From positions 1-44,381 of the forward strand of contig JAOZRE010000004.1 in NCBI GenBank assembly GCA_029940215.1: 44,381 bases of DNA. The letters run 5' to 3'. Each line of letters starts with the position of its first letter. Positions within the stretch are counted from its first letter, which is position 1. This stretch comes from a bacterium (GTDB lineage Bacteria; SAR324; XYD2-FULL-50-16). Positions 17,864-27,521 of this stretch are shown piece after piece. The translations under genes and the position numbers were made by a program. The notes beneath the pieces are model-generated. The model searched no databases. It worked only from the letters and a program-made list of their open reading frames with translations, and was not told where the DNA came from.

Positions 17864-18751
17864 TTAATCCAACCGTTTTCCCAGGAACGGTTCAAAATGG
17901 AACCATTCCAGCGGGTATTGCCGGGCAGCATCTGCCAAGAGGTCAGCGTAAGCCTGTGCCGACTGACTGACTGCTTTTTTTCGCTCCGCCCTGCTGCCAG
18001 CCTTGACGGTTATAGGTGGACAGATATGGACATGAAATTGTCGGTTGCCGGTTCTGACCGGAAACAGGACAAACAACGGTTTCTCTGAAATCAGGGCCAG
18101 CAGATGTGGTGATTCCGGTAGCTCAATTTCATGCCCTAGAAACTCGACCTTAATCGACCGCTGCGACTCATGCCAGATCCGGTCCCCAGTCAGGGACACC
18201 AGCCCCCCATTGTTTAAGAAGGTGTTTGCCTCTATTAATTGGAACGGAGATGCATTGTTTTGATCAACCGCTACAATTTTGATCCCCTCATCCGCCAGAC
18301 CCTGCTTCTGAAGTTTTTCCAGCTGTTCCCCGTTTCTGATACCCATGTACAGCAAGAGCCGGACATCCGCTCTCCTTCTTTTCAGCAGATGGGCTGCCGC
18401 TTCCCAGTTTCCGAGATGAGACTGCAGCAGAATTGCTCCTTCATTTCGATCCAGCACCTGCTCCAACGCTTCCCAGCCTTCGGTTGTTACTTCTATGCGA
18501 TCCGGATCTGACAGCTGCATGCGATCAACGTGAATCCGGGTAAATCGCTGATACTGAAGCCAGGCGCTGATAGTTGCCGACAACCTGCCCTTTTTTGGGA
18601 ACAGTGCCCGGTAAAAGCGGATAGACTCCTGAAGCCTTCCCGGCATAAATATGAAAAATCCGGCCGCCACCAACCGGGAAAAAAGACTGAAAAACCAGCT
18701 GCCACCCCATGTTGCCAGCCGCACCATCAGGCGATAAAGAACCGATATCAT
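17864..18751 (-). CDS. LpxL/HtrB-like (lipid A type) acyltransferase
   Basis: SHLGNWE (HX4E), V.L.GDR, V.FLG, YPLEWFHF motifs. Confidence 0.88.
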   Translation of the reverse strand: MISVLYRLMVRLATWGGSWFFSLFSRLVAAGFFIFMPGRLQESIRFYRALFPKKGRLSATISAWLQYQRFTRIHVDRMQLSDPDRIEVTTEGWEALEQVLDRNEGAILLQSHLGNWEAAAHLLKRRRADVRLLLYMGIRNGEQLEKLQKQGLADEGIKIVAVDQNNASPFQLIEANTFLNNGGLVSLTGDRIWHESQRSIKVEFLGHEIELPESPHLLALISEKPLFVLFPVRTGNRQFHVHICPPITVKAGSRAERKKAVSQSAQAYADLLADAARQYPLEWFHFEPFLGKRLD

Positions 18752-21700
18752 GAGCCAACCTGTTCCAGTACGGTTCCAGATAAATCCACGACCGAGGCCA
18801 TTATCCAGGTCTCTTCCCTCTGATTTCCTGAGGGATCAATCGCCTCTATTCTGAACCCGCAATTCTCGATCAGGGCATGGAGTTCTTTTTCCAAGCGGAA
18901 ATAGACCGGTTGCCGGCGGAGTCGCACCCGAACCGTTTCGATCCAGCGCCAGCTGGACGTGTTCGCCGGATCGGGGATGGTCACGCGAATCACGATTTTA
19001 CCCTGCCGGGTCAGCCGGGAGTGAATGGTCTGCAGGGTATCTATCAGTTGATTGTCGTCCAGGTAATGGATCATATCAAACAGCAACGCCATGTCCACCT
19101 CCTGCCCCTCGAAGGGCAGAGCCGGCGCGCTTCCTACAGCTGCGGTCCCGTTGTCTCCAATGGCCCGAGCAGCGATTCGCACCCGTTCCGGATCAGGGTC
19201 CACCCCGAATATCCGGGCTCCCGGAAATCGGTCCAGAATCCAGCAGGCCGGAACACCGTACCCGCAGCCAATATCCAGAATCCTCCCTGAAAAATCCACA
19301 TAGCGGTCCAGTTCAGGAAACATGGGGTCCAGCTTGATTTTAAACCTTGCAAACATCCGGGGATGAGCCTCCATGGTCATATAACGGGACTGCACCCGCA
19401 CCGACCGATTTTCAGACTGCTGCGCCTTTTTCATCAGCCGCCTGCGATCTGTGACAAACACCTTCCGCAGTATCGGAGGCAGAATCACAAAGGCACCAAT
19501 CAATGCATAACCGATTCCCAGTACCGACACCAGCCCCGCACTTTTCAGCAACCGGTGATCCGCCAGGTTCAGTACGCCGAACCCGATCAGAGTAGAGGCT
19601 GACGCCAGGAAAACCGCCATGCGTATCAACCGCAAAGAGGGATGATTCTCGTCCCCATATCGCTGGTAGGACAGCACAAAGAACAGCGAATAGTCCACCC
19701 CCATACCAATCACAATAATGGATAGCATCAGCCCGGGAATGTCCAGTGGATGTCCCAGGATATTCAAGGTGCCCAGGGTGCTGACCATCGCAAACAGGAC
19801 AGGCAGGGCTGCGATCAGGGTCAATTTCCAGCTCAGGAAGAAGAAAAAAATCAGGCAGAGCACACTGATGCTGATGATCAACACCATCTTGAGAAAGGTG
19901 GACATCAGGAATTTTCCCAATTGGCTGGAAAAATAGGTTGCATCGAATACGGTGATGGATGCCTCCTTCTGATATCGCTGAATAAAATCGTCGGGGATAT
20001 AGCGATCGCCCGGCTTGAGGGTCAGAAACTGAACCCATTTCCCGGTTTTTTGCAGGCGGGTGATGCCCATCATGGCTGCAAACTGCTCTGGCAGTTCAGG
20101 CGTCGAAACCTGTCTTCGCGAGAGCTGTCGCAGGAAAGGGTCGAAGGCCGTCGGCGAAAACCCCAGTTCCCCAGAAGCTGACCGGATACTTTTTCTCAAG
20201 TTCGAAATCCGCTGCCGGGACCAGAAGGCCCGCCAGGCGGCAACATTTCTCTGAGCCCTGCCTTCACCCGGAAAGATCAGGGAGGAGACAAATGCCGAGT
20301 CGAGTTGCCCGGAGCCCCGGTCTGCCTCCAACAGGTTTAACAAACGATCACTTTTCTGTTGCAAGTCTGACAGGCTGTCCCCTTCCAACGCCATGTATAC
20401 CTGGGAGAAGACATTGCCCCAAACCTGGCCGATTTTCTTTTCCGCAGCCTGGGTTTGCGGGCTGATGGTGTTGATGGAGGCCAGGTCGGCGTTAAACTGG
20501 GGTCGTGCAAAAAAAGCCATCACAAGGCCAAAAACAAGGGCAACCACGGCCCACTTTCCGTTAGCGCCACGGCCCAGGTTTCCGATCACCCGCTGCAACA
20601 CGGGGGGACGAGTCCGCTTCGCCGGTTGCAGTTCCGGGATCAGGCGCGGAAAAACAGTGTGCAGGAATACAAACGATGCTGCAATCCCCATGGCCGCAAA
20701 CTGGCCGATCTGGGACAAGATGGGAAAACCGCTGATGGACAGCGTCAGGAATGCCCCCACCGTCGTCAGCAATGCCAGCAAACAGACCGCCCGGGTTTCC
20801 CGGGCCGCATCTGACCCTGAGGTATGATGGGGCTGATCAAGAAACAGGAAATAGGCAATGGCATGATCAACGGTGATCGAGATAATCGCTCCCCCAAATC
20901 CCAACGTCATAATAGAGATGGATGGGTGTATTAACGAGAACAGGAAAAAGGCGATGACGGATCCTGCCAAGGCCGGCACCAGCGCAAGAATCCCGATTCC
21001 GGGTCGGGGAAAGGAGAAAAGCAGCAGCAGCGCGATTCCAGCAATGGAAAAGAGTATCGCCCTGCGGGTATCCGCTTTGGCTGTCAGTTCGTTGTCAAGA
21101 GCAGCCCGATAGGTTCCGACCGGCGTCAATATCACCGTCTCGCCTTCCTGCCGGAACCGTCTTTCTACCGCCAGGGATAGGGTTGACAGTCGTCTGGACA
21201 GTTGTCGGGAAAAGGCGGTATCAGTCCCCGGACGGGATGGGCTGGCAACAATCAGCAGATGTTGATTGTCAGCTGAAATCAGGTGACCCTGAAAAAAGCG
21301 GATTCCCTTTGCCGGGCTGAGCAGCGACATTTTTTCCAGGACCAGTCCACTCAGTCCCAGAGGATCCCGGGTCAGCATCGCCCCCCGACCGACCCCTTCC
21401 AACCCCGCCAGCTGGTTCAAAGACTTCACCAGGCTGGCCTTCACCCGATGAGGTGCCAGCAGTGGTTTAACCTTTTTTTCCAACTCCGAACGGGTAAACA
21501 GAACCGGAAAATTCGCCATCACGTAGGTCATCAATGCTGGAAACCGGTCCCGCAGATCCCCCATTCCAACCTGTTTAAACAACCCGCTCTTTCGCAAGTC
21601 CTGCGCCACGATGTCCCCTGCCTGCACCAGCAGTTCGGGGTTGGCGGTGGAGACACCGATATCAATCACCACCTGATCCTGCAGGGGGTGATTTTGAAGC

Positions 21701-21861
21701 ATGTACCGGGCATCGGACAGGGTGGGATCTATGGAGGGCAGGGAGGCAGCAACATCAAAATCAAGCTGGATACGGGTTGTGGCAGCAACCAGCATCAGGC
21801 CCAGGCAAACAAGTGTCGCAATGGCCAGGGGAAGACGCGAGCGTTTTTCAGCTGTGGACAT
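18748..21861 (-). CDS. MMPL/RND-family exporter fused to a C-terminal class I SAM methyltransferase
   Basis: Two MMPL TM repeats (ITVDHAI; GMGVDYSLF) followed by ILDIGCGYG, GVDPD, DMIHYL. Confidence 0.88.
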   Translation of the reverse strand: MSTAEKRSRLPLAIATLVCLGLMLVAATTRIQLDFDVAASLPSIDPTLSDARYMLQNHPLQDQVVIDIGVSTANPELLVQAGDIVAQDLRKSGLFKQVGMGDLRDRFPALMTYVMANFPVLFTRSELEKKVKPLLAPHRVKASLVKSLNQLAGLEGVGRGAMLTRDPLGLSGLVLEKMSLLSPAKGIRFFQGHLISADNQHLLIVASPSRPGTDTAFSRQLSRRLSTLSLAVERRFRQEGETVILTPVGTYRAALDNELTAKADTRRAILFSIAGIALLLLFSFPRPGIGILALVPALAGSVIAFFLFSLIHPSISIMTLGFGGAIISITVDHAIAYFLFLDQPHHTSGSDAARETRAVCLLALLTTVGAFLTLSISGFPILSQIGQFAAMGIAASFVFLHTVFPRLIPELQPAKRTRPPVLQRVIGNLGRGANGKWAVVALVFGLVMAFFARPQFNADLASINTISPQTQAAEKKIGQVWGNVFSQVYMALEGDSLSDLQQKSDRLLNLLEADRGSGQLDSAFVSSLIFPGEGRAQRNVAAWRAFWSRQRISNLRKSIRSASGELGFSPTAFDPFLRQLSRRQVSTPELPEQFAAMMGITRLQKTGKWVQFLTLKPGDRYIPDDFIQRYQKEASITVFDATYFSSQLGKFLMSTFLKMVLIISISVLCLIFFFFLSWKLTLIAALPVLFAMVSTLGTLNILGHPLDIPGLMLSIIVIGMGVDYSLFFVLSYQRYGDENHPSLRLIRMAVFLASASTLIGFGVLNLADHRLLKSAGLVSVLGIGYALIGAFVILPPILRKVFVTDRRRLMKKAQQSENRSVRVQSRYMTMEAHPRMFARFKIKLDPMFPELDRYVDFSGRILDIGCGYGVPACWILDRFPGARIFGVDPDPERVRIAARAIGDNGTAAVGSAPALPFEGQEVDMALLFDMIHYLDDNQLIDTLQTIHSRLTRQGKIVIRVTIPDPANTSSWRWIETVRVRLRRQPVYFRLEKELHALIENCGFRIEAIDPSGNQREETWIMASVVDLSGTVLEQVGS

Positions 21862-22594
21862 TCTTTCTTCTCCTGAACGGTGGGGGAATCAGAACTCTCT
21901 GGATAATCAACCGGGTAAAGGTGGACGCATTGCGCCAGAAATCTACAAAAGGCCGAAAGTGGGACACTCGGGGAATTTCCCGTTTATACCTGACCCGAAC
22001 TGAACGTTGAACCACCGGGATCCTGTTCCAGAGCGCCCGAACCAGAATCTCAACCTCGAACTGAAAGCGCCTGGAAGCGGTCCCCAGCCTCAGGCTCATG
22101 GGTAATGGATAGACGCGATAACCAGTTTGAGAATCGGATAGCCATTTGCCCCCCGCTGCATAGACCCAGAAATTGGAAAAACCTCTTCCGAAGCGGCTGG
22201 TCCAGGGTGCCTGCTGCTCCTTCATGCCTTCCCGTCTGCCGATAACGATCGCTCCCGGATTCTCCCGGGCAGCCTGCATCAGTTTTTCCGCATCGGCTGG
22301 ATTGTGTTGTCCATCTGCATCAATAGTTACAGCCCACTCAGCGATTTCGGCCGCTGCCGCAAAACCGGTGAGCAGTGCGGCCCCTTTTCCCCGGTTGGTG
22401 TCGTGAACCAGAAGCTGAATATCCTGCATCTTTTCCAGGCAGGCGGCCGTTTGATCGGTGGACCCGTCATTAACCACGATTATCGAGCATCCGTATGGTC
22501 TGAGCCCCTCTATAACCTGGCTGATCTGTTCTGCATGGTTAAATACCGGAATGACAAAGGCAAAGCGTCCATGTTCTGTCACTCCTGAATTCAT
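21848..22594 (-). CDS. Glycosyltransferase family 2
   Basis: VIPVFN, VNDGSTD, NRGKGAAL, IDADGQH, DSQTGYRVYP motifs. Confidence 0.92.
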   Translation of the reverse strand: MNSGVTEHGRFAFVIPVFNHAEQISQVIEGLRPYGCSIIVVNDGSTDQTAACLEKMQDIQLLVHDTNRGKGAALLTGFAAAAEIAEWAVTIDADGQHNPADAEKLMQAARENPGAIVIGRREGMKEQQAPWTSRFGRGFSNFWVYAAGGKWLSDSQTGYRVYPLPMSLRLGTASRRFQFEVEILVRALWNRIPVVQRSVRVRYKREIPRVSHFRPFVDFWRNASTFTRLIIQRVLIPPPFRRRKNVHS

Positions 22595-22632
22595 CGATCA
22601 TCCATCATGTAGGTTGGAGCCGCTGTTGCGGA

Positions 22633-24348
22633 TCAGAGTTCCGGAATAAACGCCATTGCCCATGTTCCCGGTCCCATGTGCGCGCCAGACGTCAACGAGA
22701 CGGGCTGCAGGATGATTTCAGCCAGGGGATACCGCCTGATAACCTCTTTTCTGGCAACCGTTTCCACCCACTCCCTGTTATCGGAGTACTCCATCATGAT
22801 CAGCGGTTTTGCATCAGTTTTGACGGAGGCTGCCAGCTTCTCGAAGGCAAATTCAAGCTGCCCTTTCGGGTTGCGGGCAGTTCCAACCTTGTGAGCCCCC
22901 TGGGGTAAAGGACTGATGACAGGCTTGATCCGGAGGGTATCGCCAAAAAAAGCGCTGGTCTTGGAAAGGCGGCCACCCGCCGCCAGGTATTGCAGTTTGT
23001 CCAGAAATACGTATTCCTGACAATTGTCCACAGCCTTCCGGGCATATTTAATCACAGCTTCGGGGTCATCTGTCTGTTCGGCAAAGCGAACAGTTGCCAT
23101 AACGATCAGCGCCAATCGACCGGAAGCCGCACCCGTGTCAACTACGGAAAAACGGTTTTCCTCATCATTGTCACTTTTCCAGCGAGCTGCCAGGTCATAA
23201 TTTCCGGTAAAAGCAGAGCCGACAGACAGATAAAGCACCCGGTCATGCTGGTCCAGCACCCGCTGGTAGTATTGGTGCCGTTCAAAATCGGACGCCTGTG
23301 AGGTTGACACCTTTTCCCCCGAGCGCATCATCCGGTAGAGCTCTTCCGGCTCAAACAGGGTCTCCGGCAGGGAGCGGTTGCGAGTAACGATGTAGCTGTT
23401 CAACAGCGTAAAGCCCATGATACGGGCATTTTCACGAGTCAGAGATCCTGCCGCATCGGTCATGATATGAATGGACTGTTTTTGCGACTGGGTCTTCCGA
23501 TGTTCAACCTGCTCATCAATATCATCGTCGGACCACTGCACAATCTTTCCGATGGTGGACATGCGCGCCCGGAATTCCTCTTTGTCACTGGTATGCAGGT
23601 GGACCTTCAGATAGCCGTCGTGCGGGATGACTACAGCCTGCTCCCCCATGTCATGAATGAAGTCCAGATTGTCATCGCGATTCGGATCCAGCTGAACAAC
23701 GGTATCAACACAGAAACCGTTTTCTATGGATTCCTGGAAGTCTGCTGATATCTCCAGCAACCCTTTAAAGCGCTCTGTAATGGGAATAAAATCGTTCACC
23801 TGGTTGATCAGGCCTTTAAAGAAACTCTCGAGAAATACAAACATTCCCAACGCCCCTGAATCCACTACACCCGCTTGAGCCAGCACTGGAAGCTGTGTGG
23901 GGGTTAACCTCACAACCTGGGCCAGTTGTTCCAGCATCTCCTGGATGTATCCTTCCCGGTTTTCATAGGATGCCTGTTCCAGGTGTGAGACCAGGCAGTC
24001 AAAAACGGTCAGCATGGTTCCCGGCATGGGGTCATGTACCGCGTCCCTGGCCTTATCCCTACCGATACGGGCGGCAGCTGCCAGACCAGCGGGTGTTTCT
24101 GCCGTCAACAGACCGGAGAAAAAGCGAGTGGCAATGTTCCCTGAATTACCCCGGGCAGCCATCATCAGTTGATAGACGGTATCCTCTTTACTGTCTTGAA
24201 GATAACGCAGGGGTGTCAGGCTCGCCAGCAGGTTGCGCCCGGTATCGCCATCGGCGACTGGAAATACGTTGATATCATCCAGCAGATCAGACCAGGCCAC
24301 TACTCTTTCCAATCCCAGTACAAATGCATGTTGCAGAACAGGTTCCAT
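22633..24348 (-). CDS. DAK2-DegV fusion (FakA-FakB fatty acid kinase-like)
   Basis: INVFPVADGDTG, ARGNSG, GTMLTV, VDSGA, KVHLHT (FakA) followed by IMTD, STSQ, LDKLQYL.AGGR, H.GPG (DegV). Confidence 0.88.
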   Translation of the reverse strand: MEPVLQHAFVLGLERVVAWSDLLDDINVFPVADGDTGRNLLASLTPLRYLQDSKEDTVYQLMMAARGNSGNIATRFFSGLLTAETPAGLAAAARIGRDKARDAVHDPMPGTMLTVFDCLVSHLEQASYENREGYIQEMLEQLAQVVRLTPTQLPVLAQAGVVDSGALGMFVFLESFFKGLINQVNDFIPITERFKGLLEISADFQESIENGFCVDTVVQLDPNRDDNLDFIHDMGEQAVVIPHDGYLKVHLHTSDKEEFRARMSTIGKIVQWSDDDIDEQVEHRKTQSQKQSIHIMTDAAGSLTRENARIMGFTLLNSYIVTRNRSLPETLFEPEELYRMMRSGEKVSTSQASDFERHQYYQRVLDQHDRVLYLSVGSAFTGNYDLAARWKSDNDEENRFSVVDTGAASGRLALIVMATVRFAEQTDDPEAVIKYARKAVDNCQEYVFLDKLQYLAAGGRLSKTSAFFGDTLRIKPVISPLPQGAHKVGTARNPKGQLEFAFEKLAASVKTDAKPLIMMEYSDNREWVETVARKEVIRRYPLAEIILQPVSLTSGAHMGPGTWAMAFIPEL

Positions 24349-24501
24349 AGCTTCTCAATCAGAACATGAAAAAATCCGCATCCGGTGGACACGGTTATTG
24401 TCTTCCAATGATATAATTTAACTGAAAAAAGCGGTCCCCCGCAAGAAATAAACCGCAAGAAACAGGATACACTTCAAGAAATAGTGCTGATTGCACAGCG
24501 A

Positions 24502-25149
24502 CTATTGAATTAACTGCATGTCAAGTGAGTATCCGAATGTGCCCTCAGCCGTCAATTTGATTCTCTCTGGAACGGCTCCACGTTCTGAATCAGAGCCAGA
24601 TCGAGCGATCACCCTGCGCTGCAGGCGGTTTGCAGAGTCATATCGTGCCAGTTCCCAGTCACCTCCCCGGCCAATTTTGACATCCACAACCCCACTGATG
24701 TCATCCTGGTAACGGCAAACCACATCAAAGCCGCGAGCAATGCCTACTTCTGTCGGTACCGTGGCCGGTTTCAGAAAGATCAGCCGCACATCGTTCATCA
24801 GACCTTCGGCAAAAGCCCCCGAAGAGAACAGGGAAATCCCCCGTTGAATCTCAACTTTATCCCCTTTTGCCCGGCCTTCGAACAAAACCAATCCTTCAAT
24901 CGTCATGATAACCACATGCAGGGACCGCTCTTCCGGGTCAATGGTTGTGACCCCGGTGATCAGAGTCTTTTTCCCATCGGGCAGTGTGGCTGCGATGGCG
25001 TGGACAAACTGCCTTTTTTCAGTCACCCAGGGCCGTTGGCACTTTGCGGGTTCAATGTCCACCATAGGCAACAGCTCAAGTGACGGCAGTGACGCACAGC
25101 CCGCCAGGAAAAACAGGGTAAAAATGGCGATGGATAACACCGACTTCAT
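24502..25149 (-). CDS. Lipoprotein (DUF3261/LolB-like accessory protein of APE-type clusters)
   Basis: Lipobox LAGC, position next to the LolA-like gene, G..LF and D.RLIF similarity. Confidence 0.65.
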   Translation of the reverse strand: MKSVLSIAIFTLFFLAGCASLPSLELLPMVDIEPAKCQRPWVTEKRQFVHAIAATLPDGKKTLITGVTTIDPEERSLHVVIMTIEGLVLFEGRAKGDKVEIQRGISLFSSGAFAEGLMNDVRLIFLKPATVPTEVGIARGFDVVCRYQDDISGVVDVKIGRGGDWELARYDSANRLQRRVIARSGSDSERGAVPERIKLTAEGTFGYSLDMQLIQ

Positions 25150-25787
25150 AAACTCTCTTTAAAAACGGAATCAGAAATGGGCTGATTGATTTCCAGCCCC
25201 TTAAAATCAATTTTCGTGTAGTTCTCCCCATCCTCGAAAATCGTAATGCTCTCGATAACACCTGGCTGGCTGGACAGTTGCAGTTCAATGCGCTCGATCA
25301 TACCGGACATGTCCGTCGAAGGGGTCAGTAGGATGCGGTTTTTCTCCAGGGTTGTTTTGAAATCGGAATTGTCATCAAAACGGCCCCCCAGCCAGCGGGT
25401 GATATTCTGCATCACCACCTGCATCGCCTGCAGGTTTGCTCCTGAATCCTGGACCGCTTTACCGTCCCTTTTGAAAAAACGTTTCACCTCTCCCTGATAC
25501 ATTGTCAGCACGCTGTTGACCGGCGACTGATATTCCCAGCGAATGGCGGCCGGCCTCCTGAAGAAAAAACGGCCTGTTGAGATCAGGGGTCGCAACAAAA
25601 TTTTCATCTGTTTTTTCTGAACAAATGTCGCCTGCAGAGATTGAATCTGTGTGGCCTGTTCCCGAAATTGAGCAAGTCTGGCATCCTCTCCGTGCACCCC
25701 TCGAACGTCAACAGCCAGCAGGAATAGCAACAGACACATCATGCCGACACCAGGCCTCTTGAAACCGAATTCATGGCGGGGTATCAT
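25146..25787 (-). CDS. LolA-like periplasmic lipid/lipoprotein carrier
   Basis: Signal peptide; SLQATFVQ.K, S.G.F.F.RP..IRWEY, D.T.I.F-like and N..I.DS.F motifs. Confidence 0.85.
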   Translation of the reverse strand: MIPRHEFGFKRPGVGMMCLLLFLLAVDVRGVHGEDARLAQFREQATQIQSLQATFVQKKQMKILLRPLISTGRFFFRRPAAIRWEYQSPVNSVLTMYQGEVKRFFKRDGKAVQDSGANLQAMQVVMQNITRWLGGRFDDNSDFKTTLEKNRILLTPSTDMSGMIERIELQLSSQPGVIESITIFEDGENYTKIDFKGLEINQPISDSVFKESL

Positions 25788-26044
25788 GCTTTCTCCGCTG
25801 CAGCCCGAATATGGTCGGCAATGGTTTGAATCGAATACAGAACCGCCTTGCCCTGATCCGGGTCCACAACCTGAAGGCCGTACTCCTTATCCAGCAGAAC
25901 TACCAATGATAATGCGTCAATGGAATCCAGTCCCAATCCGTCACCGAACAGGGAGGCATCGGTATCGATCTCATCTGGTTTGATGTCTTCCAGGTACAAC
26001 TCTTCGATGATCTGTCTTTTCAGTTTCAGTGTCAGTTCTTCCAT
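25784..26044 (-). CDS. Acyl carrier protein (APE/flexirubin-type ACP). Start refined to 26044.
   Basis: LFGDGLGLDSIDAL phosphopantetheine site; acidic 86 aa protein starting at MEELT. Confidence 0.9.
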   Translation of the reverse strand: MEELTLKLKRQIIEELYLEDIKPDEIDTDASLFGDGLGLDSIDALSLVVLLDKEYGLQVVDPDQGKAVLYSIQTIADHIRAAAEKA

Positions 26045-26155
26045 AAAGGCTCGATTAGTCATTAAGAAACAGCAAAGTAGCTGGTCAGCAACATGGCTGC
26101 TGTGTGTTAAAAAACCCGGAGTTTGCAGTGGCACCCAGGACAGGGATAATCCTGG

Positions 26156-26584
26156 TTAATCAATGACGCCCCATTTTCTCTTCCATTCCATAAAGGACTG
26201 CGGGGAGGAGAGAATCAGTTCCCCACGGCGGTCAAGAAATACCTGCATGGTATTGCCGGTTGTCAGCAGTTCGTCTGTGTCCTGCCGGTAGATGCGATAT
26301 TCATACTGGATTTTAGCCGCTTCTGAATCTTTGAAAATCGTCTCGATATAAGCTGGTTCATTGTAGCGCAACGGTTTTTTATAGCTGAGGTCCATTTTTA
26401 CCACCGGGGTGGAGAGCCCTTCGTTCATGGCATCAAGGTAGTTAAAATCGTATTTTTTGGCAAACGCTTCCCGGCCATCCTCGAAATACCTGACATAGTG
26501 GCCATGCCAGACAACGCCCATCATATCCACCTCACTGAAGCGGACACGAATATCCGCCCTCGCCGTCAAAATCGCACCGCTCAC
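26156..26584 (-). CDS. Acyl-CoA/ACP thioesterase (YbgC/4HBT family)
   Basis: VRFSEVD.MGVVWHG.Y..YFE.GR motif. Confidence 0.9.
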   Translation of the reverse strand: MSGAILTARADIRVRFSEVDMMGVVWHGHYVRYFEDGREAFAKKYDFNYLDAMNEGLSTPVVKMDLSYKKPLRYNEPAYIETIFKDSEAAKIQYEYRIYRQDTDELLTTGNTMQVFLDRRGELILSSPQSFMEWKRKWGVID

Positions 26585-27060
26585 GTTAATTCCTCCTCCT
26601 GGTCAGGGCTGTATACCCTGATTTCACATTCTGCTATCTGCTGGTTATCGGAAAACACCTTACCGAAAAAAATCCGGAAATTGAGTGCCTGGTACTGAAA
26701 CCGGACCTCTGTTCGAATGTCAGATCCGCAATCCGGAAGTCGCTCGATTTTCAGGTTTTTGATCATGGTTATAAATCCCGTCAGCAGCTCTTTCCCTTTC
26801 TGGCGCCTACTGAAACCTGACCCCGCTCCAATGGTCTGAGCCATGTTCTCAACCAGACCCGCCTCACTCAGCTGGCCGTCGTCTGAAAAAACACTCACCT
26901 CCGGAACAGAATACCGGGTTTCGGAAAAATGGTCACTGACGGATACAAGCTTGTCAATCATCACCATCGGCGGCTTTTGCGCAATCAGCTGCACCAGTTC
27001 CTCTCCTGAAACCGATACGGATTGAACAGCTGTCTCCTGGCTGGTGAGGTCGGTTTTCAT
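26581..27060 (-). CDS. Hot-dog fold dehydratase partner (ApeP-like). Start probably 27060.
   Basis: LI.Q.PPMVMID.L, GL.ENMAQT, G.I..IK motifs. Confidence 0.8.
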   Translation of the reverse strand: MKTDLTSQETAVQSVSVSGEELVQLIAQKPPMVMIDKLVSVSDHFSETRYSVPEVSVFSDDGQLSEAGLVENMAQTIGAGSGFSRRQKGKELLTGFITMIKNLKIERLPDCGSDIRTEVRFQYQALNFRIFFGKVFSDNQQIAECEIRVYSPDQEEELT

Positions 27061-27226
27061 GATTAAATATGCATTCTGAATGGGATAGGTGCCATCTCCG
27101 GCCGTTCTTTTCAATGTCCCTGCAACAAGCCGGAGCAATGGACGGTATCCGGTAACCGGGTTAGTCGGTACAGTCTATCAATTCGGTAAAGGAGCTAACT
27201 GGGCGGGCAACCAGGCCGATCATAAA

Positions 27227-27472
27227 TCAGCTGGCAGTTCTGTTATGAACATAGTCATAGAAATCGTTGAGTGTATCAATATCGGACATCTCCTCCGTGA
27301 CAACCTTGAATCCAAAGTGCTTCTCAATCAATACCACAATATCAACCAGATCGAGGCTGTCAATCTCCAACGTTTCCAGCATATTCTCGTCCGGCATGAT
27401 CTGCTCCGGCTCGATTTCAAATTCATCTATCAATATTTCGCTAATTTTTGCGACTACCTGTTCTCTTTGCAT
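27227..27472 (-). CDS. Acyl carrier protein
   Basis: LEIDSLDLVD Ppant motif; 81 aa acidic protein. Confidence 0.92.
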   Translation of the reverse strand: MQREQVVAKISEILIDEFEIEPEQIMPDENMLETLEIDSLDLVDIVVLIEKHFGFKVVTEEMSDIDTLNDFYDYVHNRTAS

Positions 27473-27521
27473 GAAGCTTTAACGTTTATCTTAGGATTTG
27501 TTGCAACTGTTCACCATCTGC

